Assembly (NCBI GenBank): GCA_013265495.1
Contig: MU059781.1
Location: 1,897,667 to 1,961,666 of the forward strand
Length of the DNA: 64,000 nucleotides
Reading direction: 5' to 3'
Origin: Vicugna vicugna
Taxonomy: Eukaryota
The stretch's first letter is position 1, and each line of letters begins with the position of its first letter. Shown in pieces: positions 9,831-23,043 of this stretch. A program made the position numbers and the translations under genes. The notes below the pieces were generated by a model. That model made no database searches. It was not told the DNA's origin and saw nothing but the letters and a program-made list of their open reading frames with translations.

Positions 9831-12799
9831 TGTTAGCTATAATTCATAGTCCCGTGGCCCTCAAGTCTCCACGTCCTCTCCTTCCCCTTCCTAATTCCAT
9901 CCATCCGTAGAGACCGGCTTCCTCGAGCCCTCTGTGTACCTGGTCTCCCGTGGTCCTCTGTGCCTCCCACTTTTAACTCTGGATTACACACATTCTGGCC
10001 GGGTCTCACCAGGTTAATCTCACCCCACCTCCTCAGGACTGTACTTTCCAAGGGCTCGACGACGCGTGATGCCTCTCCTGGCTGGTCTCAGGCGATAACC
10101 TTTGTCAGGCAAAGCCAGGGAACAAAGAAACCACCCGTCTGTGATGAGAAGGCCTGTTCCCGTAGACGGCTGGCCGCTGCCAGCCTCTTCTCAGACCAGG
10201 GCTTGGCCTTTTCCAGAAGACATGTCCAAGGTTTCCTCAACAACTCCAACAAAAGCTGGTGGTTTTCTGTGAACAGCCCCATTCTGAAGACGCTTGGTTG
10301 GACATGATTTCAGAAGAGGCACATGAATGCCTCTGGTGTCCCTTTATAACCAAGAGCAGTCTATCACCTGCATGTCAAACCCACACTGACCTTCACAGCA
10401 CCTTTTCTGCTTCTCTGGTGAATAAAGGCAAACCACAGCTACCTTAACGCCCACAATTCCACCGAGCCTGTTCAGAGCATCCCCAACTTCTGGGTGGAAG
10501 TGGACTCGGCGGGTGCAATGCCACGACTTCTTCCTCAGAGCCCTGGTCCTTCCAGCCCCACCAGGAAGGCTCTTCCTCAGCTGGCCCAGGACACGCCCGC
10601 TCTGGTAGCTGCCACGTGTACCCACGGAGTGCTGGCGAGCAGCCGGGCAGCGCCGGCGTGCAGACATGTGCAGGCACACGTGGGTGTGCAGTGCTGCTCT
10701 GCGGGGCAGAGAGGGCGGGCTGCGCAGATGTGAAGGCCACTTACTGCCGAGGTCCAGGATAGTGGACGCCTTCTCTGTGGAGGCCCTCCAGGACACGCCT
10801 GTCGTCTCAGATGTCTCCCCTGGGTTGAACAGGATGTAAGATTTTTCATTTGGGAAACAAGCAGCAGAACGGGGACCACGTCTAACACACTCACCTCAAG
10901 CTGGGACCCCCGGCCAATCAGCCAGTTCTTCTATTTCCTAAATTCCCCCCCCCCTCAACATTCCTGTTCTCCCAGAGACCGCCCCTTCGGTTCTTCCTCT
11001 GCAGGCAAAGGTCACAAGGCTTGCAATGACGTGAGCAGGTTCACGCAAAGAGTCTCCAGCTTTTGTTGGGGGCCAAAGCCTGAGGAGTCCCCCAGCAAGG
11101 ATATTCCGGGGCTGGAGGTGGGGTCGGGGGTGCCTGGACCCCTCCCTGCGGCAACCACAGCAGCTCTGCTTTTTCCTTTCTTAAACGTGGATACACGCAA
11201 CACTTCTCTTGAAAGAAGGCTCCCGCTGCCGAAAGAAAAGTTTGCAAGTGTTTTCCAACCGCCTCACCTTATAGATGAAGAAACAGAGGGTCAGAGAGGT
11301 GACAGGGCTTGGGAGCGGGGAGCACTGCTTTCCTGCTTTTCTGTTCTTAATCAGACCGAAAGAGCAGCGGTTAGGAGCAGCAGCGAGCAGCTCCGGGAGG
11401 CTGGCAGGTGGAAAGGGCTGGGTGGTGGTTGGTGGCTCTGCCTCCAGTGAGTCAGGCAACTTGGAGAAAGTGGCCTAACCTCCCTGAGGCTCACCTTCCT
11501 CTGCATGAGATAAGAATACCTGACAGGCCGCTTCATGGGTTTATCTCGAAGATCAGAGAGAACAGAATGTACAAGGACACTGGAGAATCTTACCGAGAGC
11601 TCAGCAGGGGGGGACGGCAGCAAACTGGGCTCTGCTCCAGTCCCGCTGAGTCGGCGTCTGAGGGTGGGGCCCTGCTCTTGGCCCAGGTGACTTTCATGTG
11701 CCTCAGATCCTCCTTGCCTGGCTTGCAAGGCCACTTCTGTAGGATCATCCCCTGGTGGACTCACCTAAACCCCAGGGATTCACCTTCATACAGACTACGG
11801 CATGGATATCCAGTCCCCTTCCGGGGTGCCTTGTGGTACTTCCCGACCCCTTTGCAGCTAGGATTCCCAGTACAGCCCCCAGTTCTTCCTATCTGATGCA
11901 CTGGTGTCAGAGAGCAGAGTTGAAGCAGAGGCTACGCTTCTCTTGATTCTGCTACCAAGAGTCGTGGTGTCCATTCTGCGGGTGTAGACCACAACAGGGC
12001 AGCATGACTCTGGAGCCAGCAGCGGTGGCGGCTTCCTGACCATGGAGGTGGCAGTGCTGCCACATCCAGGGCTGACAGCCAGTGCAGATTCCCCTGGTGA
12101 CCTGGTTCAGTATAATTTTGTAATCATTCCTGAAATCCCAACTTAGCCTCGCCAGTGATTCCATAAACTGTCTGGTGCCCTGTGTTGGATCCCTTTCTTC
12201 TTAAACTAGCGTGAGTGGATGCTGTGCTCCACAGCCGAACCGCTAACCGACGCACACGCTGTTTTCCTTGATGGCGTTTACCACTATTGCCACAGAACCT
12301 CACTGGGGGCACGTGGGATAAGGCCCTGGTCTGAGGGCGTACTTCCCACATGTCTTCTGTCCTTTTGAGCCGGCTCTCCCTCAGTCGTGCTTTCACCTCT
12401 GCTGCTCTGAGCTGCAGCTCAGTGGGGAAGATCCAGACTCTGGAGCCAAACCCCCTGTGTTTAAACCACAGTTTTGCCACTCAGTATCTGGCAAGAGACG
12501 GTTGTCCTCTTTCCAGCGATGGGGGTGAGCTGAGGAGGCAGTACTGGGTGGCTTGTTCGTTCTGGCTTGAGAGAGAATGAATTAAAAGGGAGGCCCAAGC
12601 TTTGTTCTAGCTCTCCCATCAGTCTACTTGCATGGTTTATAAAGACTCGCAAGGCCTGGGTTTTGCCAATGCATACATGTTCCTATGCACCAAAGTGCTA
12701 ATAAACAACCTTTGGTCCCCTCCTGGTCTGGGACAGACTGAGTGACCACTGTTTTCAGCGCCACCAAATTCCAGGCCCCGGTTACAAGAAAAATAAAGA

Positions 12800-13147
12800 T
12801 TTAAGAAAAACTGAGTAGTGATGCACATACCACATGGATGAACCCTGAAAACTTTATGCTAAGTAAGAGGCCAGAGGCACAAAAGACCACATAAGTGTAT
12901 GATCTTCATGAAACGTCCACAACAGGCAAGTCCCCAGAGACAGAAAGTACACCAGTGGTTGCCCAGGGCTTAGAGGGCGGGAAGTGAAGGGTGTAGGAGC
13001 CTCTTTTAAGGATGATGAAAATGTCCTGAAATTGACTGTGGTGATGGTTGCACAATTCCGTGAATAACTAAAAACCACTGAATTGTACACTTTAAAGAGG
13101 TGAGCTGTACGATACATGAATTATATCCAATAAAGCTATTACCAAAA
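12800..13147 (+). mobile_element. L1MB7/8-like LINE-1 3' end
   Basis: catggatgaaccctgaaaactttatgctaagt...gatgatgaaaatgtcctgaaattgactgtggtgatggttgcac...ccaataaagct. Confidence 0.85.
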
Positions 13148-14549
13148 CCCCTCTGCTCTCCCCCCAAAACCAAAACCCAAACCCTTAAACAGTAAACAAA
13201 ACCCACCACGATGCAATAGGCACTGGATTTTTAACACTTACACCAAAAGCTGGCAGGCCTCAAAGAGCCACTGCTCAGCATTTGTGCAGGCGCCTGGCAG
13301 ACATTCCAAGGAGCTAGGGAAGTTCCAGGGCCCCTTCAAGTCTCCTGAGAGGCACAGCACTGGTGTTTTTGTAATATGAATTACTTTTCTTAGAGAGGGT
13401 CCCCCACATTCAGTGAGCTCCAGGCACCTGGACACCTGAGGGCCTGGAAAGAGCCCTGCAAGGGAGGGACCCCCGGGGCTCCAGCTGCTTTAGCTTCTCC
13501 GTAAATCCCCCTGCAGACAGGTTAAGTGCCTCCAGCACCCAGCTGGCTTTCAGTGAGAAGGAAATATGGCGAGAAAGCAGAGTCCAGTGCCCACAAGGCT
13601 GGATTAGTCCTCCTTTTACTGAGTCTTCTGTTTCCTCCTGCTCAGCATCTCCCACCCCGAAAAACTATGTTCTGAGGGACGTTCCCACAACCCTGGGGGG
13701 GAGGCAGAGGTGGAAGGAAGGGCTTTTCCATGAGTACTTAGATTGTAATATTAAGTAAATAAAAGATCTTAGAGATCAATCCAAGAGCTGTCCCCTGAGG
13801 TTTAGGTACCTACAGGTATCACAAAGGTGGTTCGTCAGCGTTTTTTTTTTTTTTTTTGACATTAAAATAGTTCCAGACAGATTTCTCCCCCAGAAGGAAA
13901 AGGAAATCCACTCAAAGAACATTAATTTTGTTGGCATTATCTCAGCTCTGTTACTTACTTTCTCCTCTTAATTGCTCTCCACACCCAGGAGGAGGGGAAA
14001 CACTACCAACTTTGCTGCTAGGTTCCAGTGACAAATAACCAGTCTCCAGTGAGACGTTAATGACAAGCCAGGAGGCGCAGGGCAGGAAGCGCGGTCCCGA
14101 CGAGGCCGCCCGCCCCCTCCCCGCACAGGGAAACCATCATTAAGCTGAGGACCTACGGGAACCTGCACGTAGCCAGCAGGCGTGACACGCTTTCAGGGTG
14201 TGTGGTCACCTTCTAGAAACCTGAAGACCAAAACCACGGGGGCAGTTGCCATTTGATTTCCATACTTGCCCTAGGAACTTTTTTTTTCTGGTTCAAAACC
14301 TCTCCTTGGCCCCTTCATGGTGGCTCATTTGGGGACTGACTTGCTTGGATCAAAGTTAAAAAAATACGAACTGTAACTATGAACGTAAGGCCCGTTTCAA
14401 GGGGGTGCTGCTTCCACGTGGTCGTAACAGGCTTCTTTCTGAGCCTCGTCCCAACGGTAGCACCGAGTGGCCTTTTTATCTTATACCGAGAACAAACACA
14501 AGCAAAAATATACACTCAGCTACATCCTGGCTGGTTAACGTCACCCCCA

Positions 14550-14965
14550 CTGTGACTCAGAAAGCCCACTCGTAGGTATTTGCCTAAGAGAGATGGAAAT
14601 GTATGTCCACAAAAGGACTTGCACACGAATGTTCCTAACACCCCGAAACCGGAAACAACGCAAATGTCCACCAACAGGAGAAAAGATAAACAAGTGAGGG
14701 TATATCCAGACAGTGCAAGCCTGCTTAGCAATTAAAAACAAAAAAACACAAAAAACGAACTACTGACACTGGCAACATGAGTGAATCTCACAGATACTAA
14801 GTTGTTTGAAAAATGACGGATTAAAAAAAAAAAGGCACATAGTCTATGGTTCTGTTTATACGAAGGTCCAGAAGAGGCAAAACCAATCTTTGGTGACAGT
14901 TTTCTGGGAGCCCGGGAGAGGGGCGCCGGAGGGGGGCTGCACAGGCTTCTGCCAGGGCTGACATC
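14550..14965 (+). mobile_element. L1ME/L1MC-type LINE-1 fragment
   Basis: gaaatgtatgtccacaaaaggacttgcacacgaatgttc...aaatgtccaccaacaggag...aaaaccaatctttggtga. Confidence 0.75.
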
Positions 14966-15519
14966 TGCCTACAGGGGTGCCCTGCCCACGACGATGAGGG
15001 TTCACCGAGCAGCAGGAAGGCTCCAAGCGGGATCTGTCTGGGGGGAGCGACTCCCACCCACCCACAGGCCAAGATGTGCCCCATTCGCTGAAAGAGGGCC
15101 TTGGACGGCCTGGGCCAGGTGACCCTACAGCTCCCTCTGTCCACCTTGGTAGCCGGCACCTATTAACAAGTGCAGCGCCCTGGGCACGGGGCCAGGTTAG
15201 CGGAGAGAGTGCCAAGATCATCGTTCCATGGACTGCCCCACCTGTGCATGCATGTGTGCGTGTGTGTTTAAAGGGCAGGGACTGTCGCTCTTATAAATAC
15301 CCGTTTTACACAAAGTCAACCTCTTGCACACTCATGCACGTGGGTGTTCCTCCCAAGGCCTGGCAGGACTGCTCTTTCTCACCCCTCGGCATGCACTTTT
15401 GATGCCATTTCCTCAGGGGAGCCTTCCTTGAGACCTGCCTCCAGCCTCCACCCTTCCCTGGCAGGTCCACCACTTTCCTAAGAGGCTCCTTCCTCAGCCT
15501 CCGCACCGGAGTGACTTGT

Positions 15520-15660
15520 CTGCTGTTCGGTCTCTGACTTCTCCACTCACTGTAAGGTTGAGGAGAATGGGGGTTGTGGCTGATTTGTCTTCCACTGTAT
15601 AAGGAAGCACCTGGCCTGGCACATAGTAGGGCCTCAGTCAACACTGGCTGGATGACAAAT
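15520..15660 (+). mobile_element. L2 3' end fragment
   Basis: gcacctggcctggcacatagtagggcctcagtcaa...ggatga terminus. Confidence 0.55.
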
Positions 15661-17917
15661 CCTATACCTGTTACCAACACACAAAATAAAGCAAACAAAC
15701 CAAAACCCCAACTCTTACTCCCAAAGTTCAATGCAAAAATGCACATGAAACAGCCCTAAAGTCCACGTCTGCTTCTAGACAGGCAGTCCCCCCGGAACCA
15801 GTCTGAGGCTCTTTGTAACTCGCCATGTATCAAAGTACCAGTATCTGTGGCCAGCATGGAAGGAGATGTGGGTCTTACGGAGCTGACCAGGCAAATGCAG
15901 TTCATGAGCAACTTCATCGTCTAACAAATGGCCAATCACAGCAAGCACAGGCTGCAGATTCAGTGTGGTGAACTGAGAAATGACCCACTTGGGACCATAA
16001 AACGAGGAGGGTGGGACATACAAGCTCGCTGGGCAGGTCACGCAGCGCACTGTCCGAGGAGGGAAAATGATCCGTGCGCCCAGGCACGCACACGGAGACC
16101 ACAGCCCAGAACCTCGACGCTCACAATTAAATCATTTAAAGAAAGGGGGAAAAAAAATCAGGGCTGGCACAGGCCAGACACCTTCTGGAGAGGTCAATGT
16201 TACCACCAGACAGAGCGTGTCTACAGAGGAGCTCCCTGCCAAACCCCAACGCCAATCAAAAACAGTGCCCCTTCTGAGTCTCCTGGTTACCCAGAAGTCT
16301 GTTAACCTGTTGGCCCAGAGATCATTTTCACATCGTACCTTGAGGTCGGGGGTTCTGCCACTGCCACTGACACGATGGCTGAGGGATGTGGATTCGGGGG
16401 TGCGGAAGGAAGAGGACTGAGCCGAGTTTTAGCCTCAGCCCCTAACTTCCTGTCTGTCAACTGTGACAGCCCCACTCAGACTCCCTGAGCCACGGTTTCC
16501 TGCCCGAATTAATGAAGTGAACTTTAACAAATAAAGCAGTGAACAACAGGAAGAATCCTTACTGCTGCACGAGTCCCCGTCTTTCAGTTGCCCCCTGCAT
16601 AACGCCAGCGCAAGGACTCTGGTCATTTATCGGACGCTTACTAAGTGCAGGCTTATATTATATGGATAAGCCCTGGTTTTTAGAAAGAAGTAAATAGTCT
16701 AACAGGTCATAGGGTGGAAGAAAATAACTTCACGTGGCTCTGGTCCTGCTTTCTGTGTTAGGACGGGAGAGGCAGCAGTAGAGCACTCGGGGCAGTTTTA
16801 CATGAAAAGCCTTGGGCAATTCATTCTGACTCAGTGCGGCGTTCTAGAATGCTCTCTCAACTGTCTGCCACATTACAAGCGGGTGTAGGTTGAAAGTAAC
16901 TGGCGAGGGTCTGAGTTCTGCCCGGTGTGATTTTAGCCACTTGCCAAGTGCTCCGCAGGGAGAAGGGTAGGAGGCGGAGCCCCAGTGCCGGGAACTCTAA
17001 GCTTAAAGTGAGTGCTCAGGTGCCCGCTGAGTGCATGAGGTGAGGTCCTGCTTTGGCTTCTGCAGACACAAGAGCCTAGAACAGAAAAAGGACCCTCTGC
17101 TCACTCCTGAGGCCAGGGCTTCTGACGACAGCAAGGGAAGCAGACCAGGACGCTTTCAGCTGCGCCCGCCCCGTCCAGGCCCGGCAGGGGGCGGTGGGGG
17201 CACCCTGGGTCAGCGCTGTCTACCTGCCGGCGTGTGTGGCAGGCCTGGCCCGGCTGGTTTCCCTGAAAGCCTGGCTCTCACAGCAACCCAGGCTCTGCAC
17301 ACCTCCAAGTCAGGGCACGTCTGCCCACCGCCAGGCCCCACTGGTGAAACTGCGGCCAGAGTGGTGGGAAATGGTGGTCAGCCAAAAGCAGAAACCAAAA
17401 TTACACAAAGGGAAAAACAGGAAGGGACCGCGAAATAAAAACAGCAAGGAAAGGTTTTGCATTTAACACCCACATTGTCCTACTTTCACTTTCCCAGGAG
17501 ATGATTCTGTCATCCAGAGCCCGGTGCCAAATGTTTGCTCAGAGTGTGTGCAGAGGCCTACAATCACCATGAACTCCGAACAGCTGAACTTGAACTCAGC
17601 GCTGCCAGTGACGGACGTGATTGGTCCCCCCTACCCAGTGGGGTCAGTGGATGTGTAACCTCACAGGTGAAGCTCCACCCTAAGCAGCTTTCACAGGCGT
17701 GGGCAACCCAGCCTTCCCACGCCCCCTGAGGCAGCGTAGGTGCTGGCAGAATCCTGGATGTAAGGCGGGTGCTGGCCCCTCCCTGAGTGCCCCACACTGG
17801 GGGGTCCTTAAGAAGAACCCGGCAGAACAGTGTTTGAACAAGCCCCCAACTCCAGGAAGAACCTCTCCGAGGAGGCTGAGGGGGTCAGCTCACCCTCCAT
17901 CCCTTCCCGCTACTCAC

Positions 17918-18021
17918 CATGTACGAAGGGAAGATCAGAACTCGTTTGTGCTTGCCACAAGGCCACTGGGGGTCATCCAGGAGATTTGGGTCATAGTCCA
18001 TAAAGTCTCCCAGGTCGCTGC
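17918..18021 (-). CDS. CABLES1: CABLES1 exon 7 (104 nt, phase 1/0): SDLGDFMDYDPNLLDDPQWPCGKHKRVLIFPSYM
   Basis: Acceptor catccttag|GCAGCG, donor ACATG|gtgagt. Confidence 0.97.
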
Positions 18022-19062
18022 CTAAGGATGACATGCAAAACGATGGTCAGGGCCCTGGACCTCCCAAAGCAGAAGCAGCCAGGCGAATGCCAAGTACAAA
18101 GTCAGACTGAAGGCTGGCTTCAGGTTACTGGGCCCAGAATCGCATCAGCCGCTCTGACCATCAGCAGACGTCGCTGCACGCCAATGAAGCATATCCCCGC
18201 CACAGAGGGGTTCACCAAACACTTAACACTCTGACATTTTTTCCACTGTAGAAAATGATGCGTTTATCTTCCTGACCCAGGAGAGCACAAAAACTCACAA
18301 GCGTGAACAATGCTGTAAACACTCACAGATTACAAAGCATGGCACAGGAAAGGCTCACTTTCTAAACCTGCAGATCAAATGGGCCTCAGGTTGCCCCACG
18401 AGAGAAGCACCTCCCGGCAGGCTGTGGGGTCTGTATGAACACAAACCAGAGCGGACGCCAACGGCAGGCAATGACCAGAGGCGGCCGGAACATTGAGACA
18501 GTGCTTCTGAACTCAGCACCTGGACAGGCCTGAGGAATGTCACGCTCAGCAGGAATTTCTCCAAGAGTGGAAATAATCCTTCCTCACAAAGTGTTTTCCC
18601 CTGCGTCAGTTCTCACAAAGGCTTGTAAAGACGGAAGATTCAAGTCTTCTGTCAGCAGCTGAGTGAACTCACCCAATATGAGAATCACCTGATCATGCAT
18701 TTATGGCCCAGTTATTTGAAGAATGGCCAAACTGGAGCACTACGAAAATGCAGGCAGGAGCCAAGTAACTGGAGAGATGAGGAGCTGAGTGGCGGAGAGA
18801 AGCCGGGAGTCCGGGCATCTCCCCTCGTGGGAGCTTAGGGCTGACGATGGAGGCCTCTCACTAGAGAGCGCGCCCCGTGGCCTGCTTGTGAGCCTGCGTG
18901 GCCTGAAATCCGCCGGAAATCCCAAAAGTCATGTCACCTGCAGGATGAGCTCACGCTCCTGGGGCACCTGTCCTCCGATCTGCACACGGGGAGACCCAAT
19001 CCACACTGTCCACCAGGGCACCTCCTACCACGACCCCTCCAGACCAGCCGGGCCCGGCTCAC

Positions 19063-19219
19063 CTGTGTCGAGGCCGCCCTGGGTGCTGCCTGCCCGCCCT
19101 ATGGAGAGGCTGCGGTGGCTCAGGGCACGGAGCTGGGGGCAGGAGGCCGTGGAGTCTAAGGTGTTTCTCCGCGCTCCAAAGGCATTCGTGGGGAGCAGAA
19201 ACTGGGTATAAGAAACAGT
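19063..19219 (-). CDS. CABLES1: CABLES1 exon 6 (157 nt, phase 0/1): TVSYTQFLLPTNAFGARRNTLDSTASCPQLRALSHRSLSIGRAGSTQGGLDT(G)
   Basis: Acceptor ccttttag|ACTGTT, donor ACAG|gtgagc; frame continuous with exons 5 and 7. Confidence 0.96.
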
Positions 19220-20222
19220 CTAAAAGGTGAAGACAAAAAACAAGCCAGTGATTACTCCCAGGCAGGGTTAGGTCTGCGTTCTGACCAAGCTGCACGGGCA
19301 CCCAGCGCTCAGGGCTGTGTTCTCTCCGCGGCAAGTCTGTCCAAGGAGATCTGAAGGGGGACATTTGCTCTGGCACTTGTTTCTGCCAAAACCTAACTGG
19401 GCTGACGTGAGGCCGTCTATAGTTTCAGTTTATCCCACTAGGCGTGAATATTCATGTGATGGGGCAGGGGTATTAGTGTGTCTGATAACAAGGTGCTATC
19501 TGGGAAGTTGCTGGGGTGTTTGCTGTCCGATCCAGGAGGCACATTTCACAGCACCCTTTATAATCCACCAAGTGCAGGATTCCAGCACGTCAGGCCCCAA
19601 GCGTCTGATCGGGTAGCGTGCCCTCCCGTCTCCTCTGGCAGAAGCTGGCTCTATGGCGCTCTTCTCACTCCATCCTCCCTCATTCCTCCGTGAACACTCA
19701 ACCTTCAGGAATGAGGATACAACACATGCTTTTCTTTTCACCTGCTTGGGGAAGCATGGCTCACACCCCACTCCATGTGAGCTCAGGGCGATGCCATTTG
19801 GGCACAGCGGGGACCAGCCGTTCTGCGAGAAGGGCGACAACAGCTAGTGGTGGTGGGGAAAGTTGTCTGCCGTCCCAGCAGCTTCACCTACAAGCAAACT
19901 ACACTGGGACGACTTCCCCAAAGACATACTTGCATTGTCTCCAGAAACAGGCTTTGTGAGAGAGCTCACGAAGACTGCCTAGATCCAGCAGTAAAAAGTC
20001 AAGTTCGTATTTCAACCCTCACTCCTCGGACTTCAGCCCAGCAGCTCAGTGAGTTATGGATGAAAGAGGGATGTCACAGCCCCTCTGCTCAGTGTTCAGC
20101 CTCTTAGGACCTTGGGAAGCCAAAGACCCTGTGCAGTAGTGAGAATGCTGCTTGGGGTCGCCGTGAGTTAACACATCAAACCATCTGTCACTCCAGCCTG
20201 CAACATGCACGTGTGTGAGGAA

Positions 20223-20678
20223 AAGTAGTCCCCCTAACCCACAGTTTCTGTTGCTCATGGTCTGAAAATATTAAATGGAAAATTCCAGAAATACACAATT
20301 CATAAGCTTTAGATTGTGTGCCATTCAGGGCAGTATGATGAAATCTAGCGCCATCCCGCCCAGGACGTGAATCACCCCTTTGTCCAGTGCGTCCCCCTCT
20401 TCTTAGTCACTCGGTAGCTGTCTCAGTTATCAGAGTGGCTGTCACGGAATCACAGTCCTTGTGTTCAAGGGACCCTTATTTTACTTCATAGTGGCCCCAA
20501 AGCACAAAGTAGTGACGCCAGCAATTCGGATATTCTTTTATTCTGCCTAATTTATAAATTAAACTTAATTTTAGGTATGTCTGTATGGGGAAAACATAGT
20601 TTGGTATAGGGTTTGGTACCATCCAAGGTCTCAGGCATCCGTCTCGGAACGTATCCCCTGAGAATAAGAGGGGTGCTG
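20223..20678 (+). mobile_element. MER44/Tigger7-like DNA transposon (TcMar-Tigger)
   Basis: Start agtagtccccct...gaaaatattaaatggaaaattccagaaat; end ggtttggtaccatcc...ggaacgtatcccctgagaataagagggg. Confidence 0.8.
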
Positions 20679-20899
20679 GTCAGGATCTCGGATTCCGTTA
20701 TAAACAGCATTGGTGCAGAAATAGCTGTGGGGCTTTTTAATCCATCTGCAGGCTGGGGAGCTGGTGCCATTCACCCAGGAACGTGCCCCGCACCTAGTTC
20801 CCCACCACGAGGGCGGCTCGCGGTCCCTCACGCAGCCTCTGCCACCTGACCCTGCTGGCGCCAGCCCAAGCCCGAGGCCTGGAAGCCAGGCAGCCTTAC

Positions 20900-20996
20900 C
20901 TTCCCATCGGCTCCCAGCTCCACGCCTTCAAGGCCGATGATCTCCTTCAAGCTCACGGCTCCTGCTGATTGTCTCCCTCCATCCAACTTCAAATCC
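20900..20996 (-). CDS. CABLES1: CABLES1 exon 5 (97 nt, phase 2/0): DLKLDGGRQSAGAVSLKEIIGLEGVELGADGK
   Basis: Acceptor gtccccccccag|GGATTTG, donor GGAAG|gtaagg; contained in ORF 20828..21052. Confidence 0.97.
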
Positions 20997-21494
20997 CTGG
21001 GGGGGGACAAGCCGAAGGAAAAAATGCTCCTGTTTGCACCCGAAGGAGCCATGGTGATGCTTACTGTACAGGGATACCACAGTCACACTCACAAAAATGA
21101 CAGTGCCTGCCTGGTGGGACCCTCTCTTTGTCCTTCCTTCTCAGTAGCACTCTGTGGGAGTTCCACCCACTTTGATATAAACGAAATCCAAGTGAAAAGA
21201 GGGCCTGAAGATGAAAGTCAGGCTCAGAAGCCGCTGGGTGACCAACATCCCTTCCCGCTCAGCAAGGTCCCTCTGCTCTTAGACAGTCGGCTAACAGGAG
21301 GCCGGGGGAGACCACCTCTCCCGGCCACCCCCTACATTAGACAGGAGAAAGAAGTTCTTATCGTTAACAGTTCTCAGGCTTATTACTAGTAATGAAGGAA
21401 TTAAAGCCACAACAGCCACCCCAGCTACCTGCCAGGCCACTTAAATGATTATCTTTCTGTAAGAGAACGATCTCCAGTATTAACAGCAAGCGTT

Positions 21495-21700
21495 TACAGA
21501 GCGCTTCACAATTTACAAAGACTTCCACACAGCTTCTCTTTCATTCTTTAAGATGACCCTGTCACACAGGCATTGCTGTTATTATCCTATTTTACAGACG
21601 AGAACAACAAGGCCCAGAGTAGGTAGACGGCTTGCCGAGGTCACCGTGAGAGTCAGCTGCAGAGACTGGGTCTGCACCCTGTGCTGTATCTAGTGCAGCA
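21495..21700 (-). mobile_element. MIR SINE fragment
   Basis: attatcctattttacagacgagaacaacaaggcccagag...ttgccgaggtcac. Confidence 0.7.
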
Positions 21701-21787
21701 CGTTGCCTCAGAGACACAAGACGGTCTGGCTGTGGCTATGCTCAGGACTAAATGCTCCCATTCTCAAGGACAGTCCACTTCCTTCCA

Positions 21788-22262
21788 GCAGTTCTCAGAG
21801 TCGGCTGCATATTAGAATCACCAGGGATATCTGACAACCTGCAGGCACGCTTCAGAGATAACTGCGGGTTTGGCTGCAGGCCACACCAGTAGAGCAAATA
21901 TCGCAATAAAGCGAGTCACCAATTTTTTGATTTCCCAGTACATATAAAATTATGTATGTACTTTACTATGTCTATTAAGTGTGCAATAGTGTTATGTCTC
22001 AGAAAACAATGTACATATCTTAAATACTTTACTGCTAAAAGATGCTCACCATCATCTGACAATGCAACGTTGCCACAAACCTTCAATTTGGAAGAAACAA
22101 GTTTCAATGAAGCACAACGTAATGGGGTGCACCTGTCCTGTGCCTGGCTCCCATCCCTGGTCATTCATTCTGATTCAGTCAGGTGGGGTGTAACCTGGGC
22201 AGCAGGAGTTTTAAACGCTCCCCAGATGACTCGGAATTGCAGCTGTGTTTGGAGAGCACTCT
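21788..22262 (+). mobile_element. MER5A-like hAT-Charlie MITE, interrupted by a Tigger1 derivative
   Basis: 5' part cagcagttctc...ggctgcatattagaatcacc; 3' part ttctgattcagtcagg...ctcccagatgactc...gtttggagagcact. Confidence 0.7.
21842..22135 (-). mobile_element. Internally deleted Tigger1 derivative (Tigger1a-like MITE)
   Basis: Both Tigger1 termini are present: caggcacgcttcagagataactgcggg...aatatcgcaataaagcgagtcac and tgccacaaaccttcaatttg...gcacctg. Confidence 0.8.
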
Positions 22263-23043
22263 CTTTCAGCCTGGCCCTACAACACAGTGCTTGTTAGCCA
22301 AAGCCGCCCCAGGCCGGCCACATTCCTGCCGTGTGGCCTGGAGGGAGGCACCACCTTCAGGGACATCTCCTACAACCCGAGCAAGAATAAACAAGATGCA
22401 AAGGCAAGACTCTCCAGGCCAAAGGTAAAGGAATCAAGGAGAGAGAGAAAGGGAGCCAGGTGAGAGGTGGGGAAGAGAGACAAGAGCCCCCCCCGGCCCC
22501 CGCCAGACCTTCTAAGAAGGGAAAAAGGTATCCTCTGACTCTGGAGCAACCGTCCTCGTCCACAGGCATTCCGTGCATGAACTGGCTCCCCTGTCCTGCC
22601 TATGATGCGAAGTGATTAATGACAGTTTTCAAAAGCCGTGATAAAAATTCACATCCTACATGAAGCACAGAGCAGCAAGTCCTTTTGCCCTGAGGGGCCA
22701 TGGGGACAGAGGAGACGGGGCTTTTGGCAGTGCCAGACACACCAAAGGACAATGAGTAACAGTGCTCCCCAAGGTCACAGTGTTCCAGGTCCTTCGTGAA
22801 TCCTGGAGAGAAGGGCAGGGTGCCCAGTGATAATTAAGTCTGAATTTCCCTCCAGCCCTGTAGAAGGGAGTTTATATTATTTATATTCAGCAAACTAAAA
22901 AGAAAAAAAAAAGCTATATTTCTTGCACAGCAGAGCTGGCTCACCTGTATTGGCTATATTCAGAAACTTCACCAACATTGTTGTAAGTATTACAACTGCC
23001 CTAGAAAACTGAGTGCTTTGTGCTGGCCGATAAGGGCACACTT

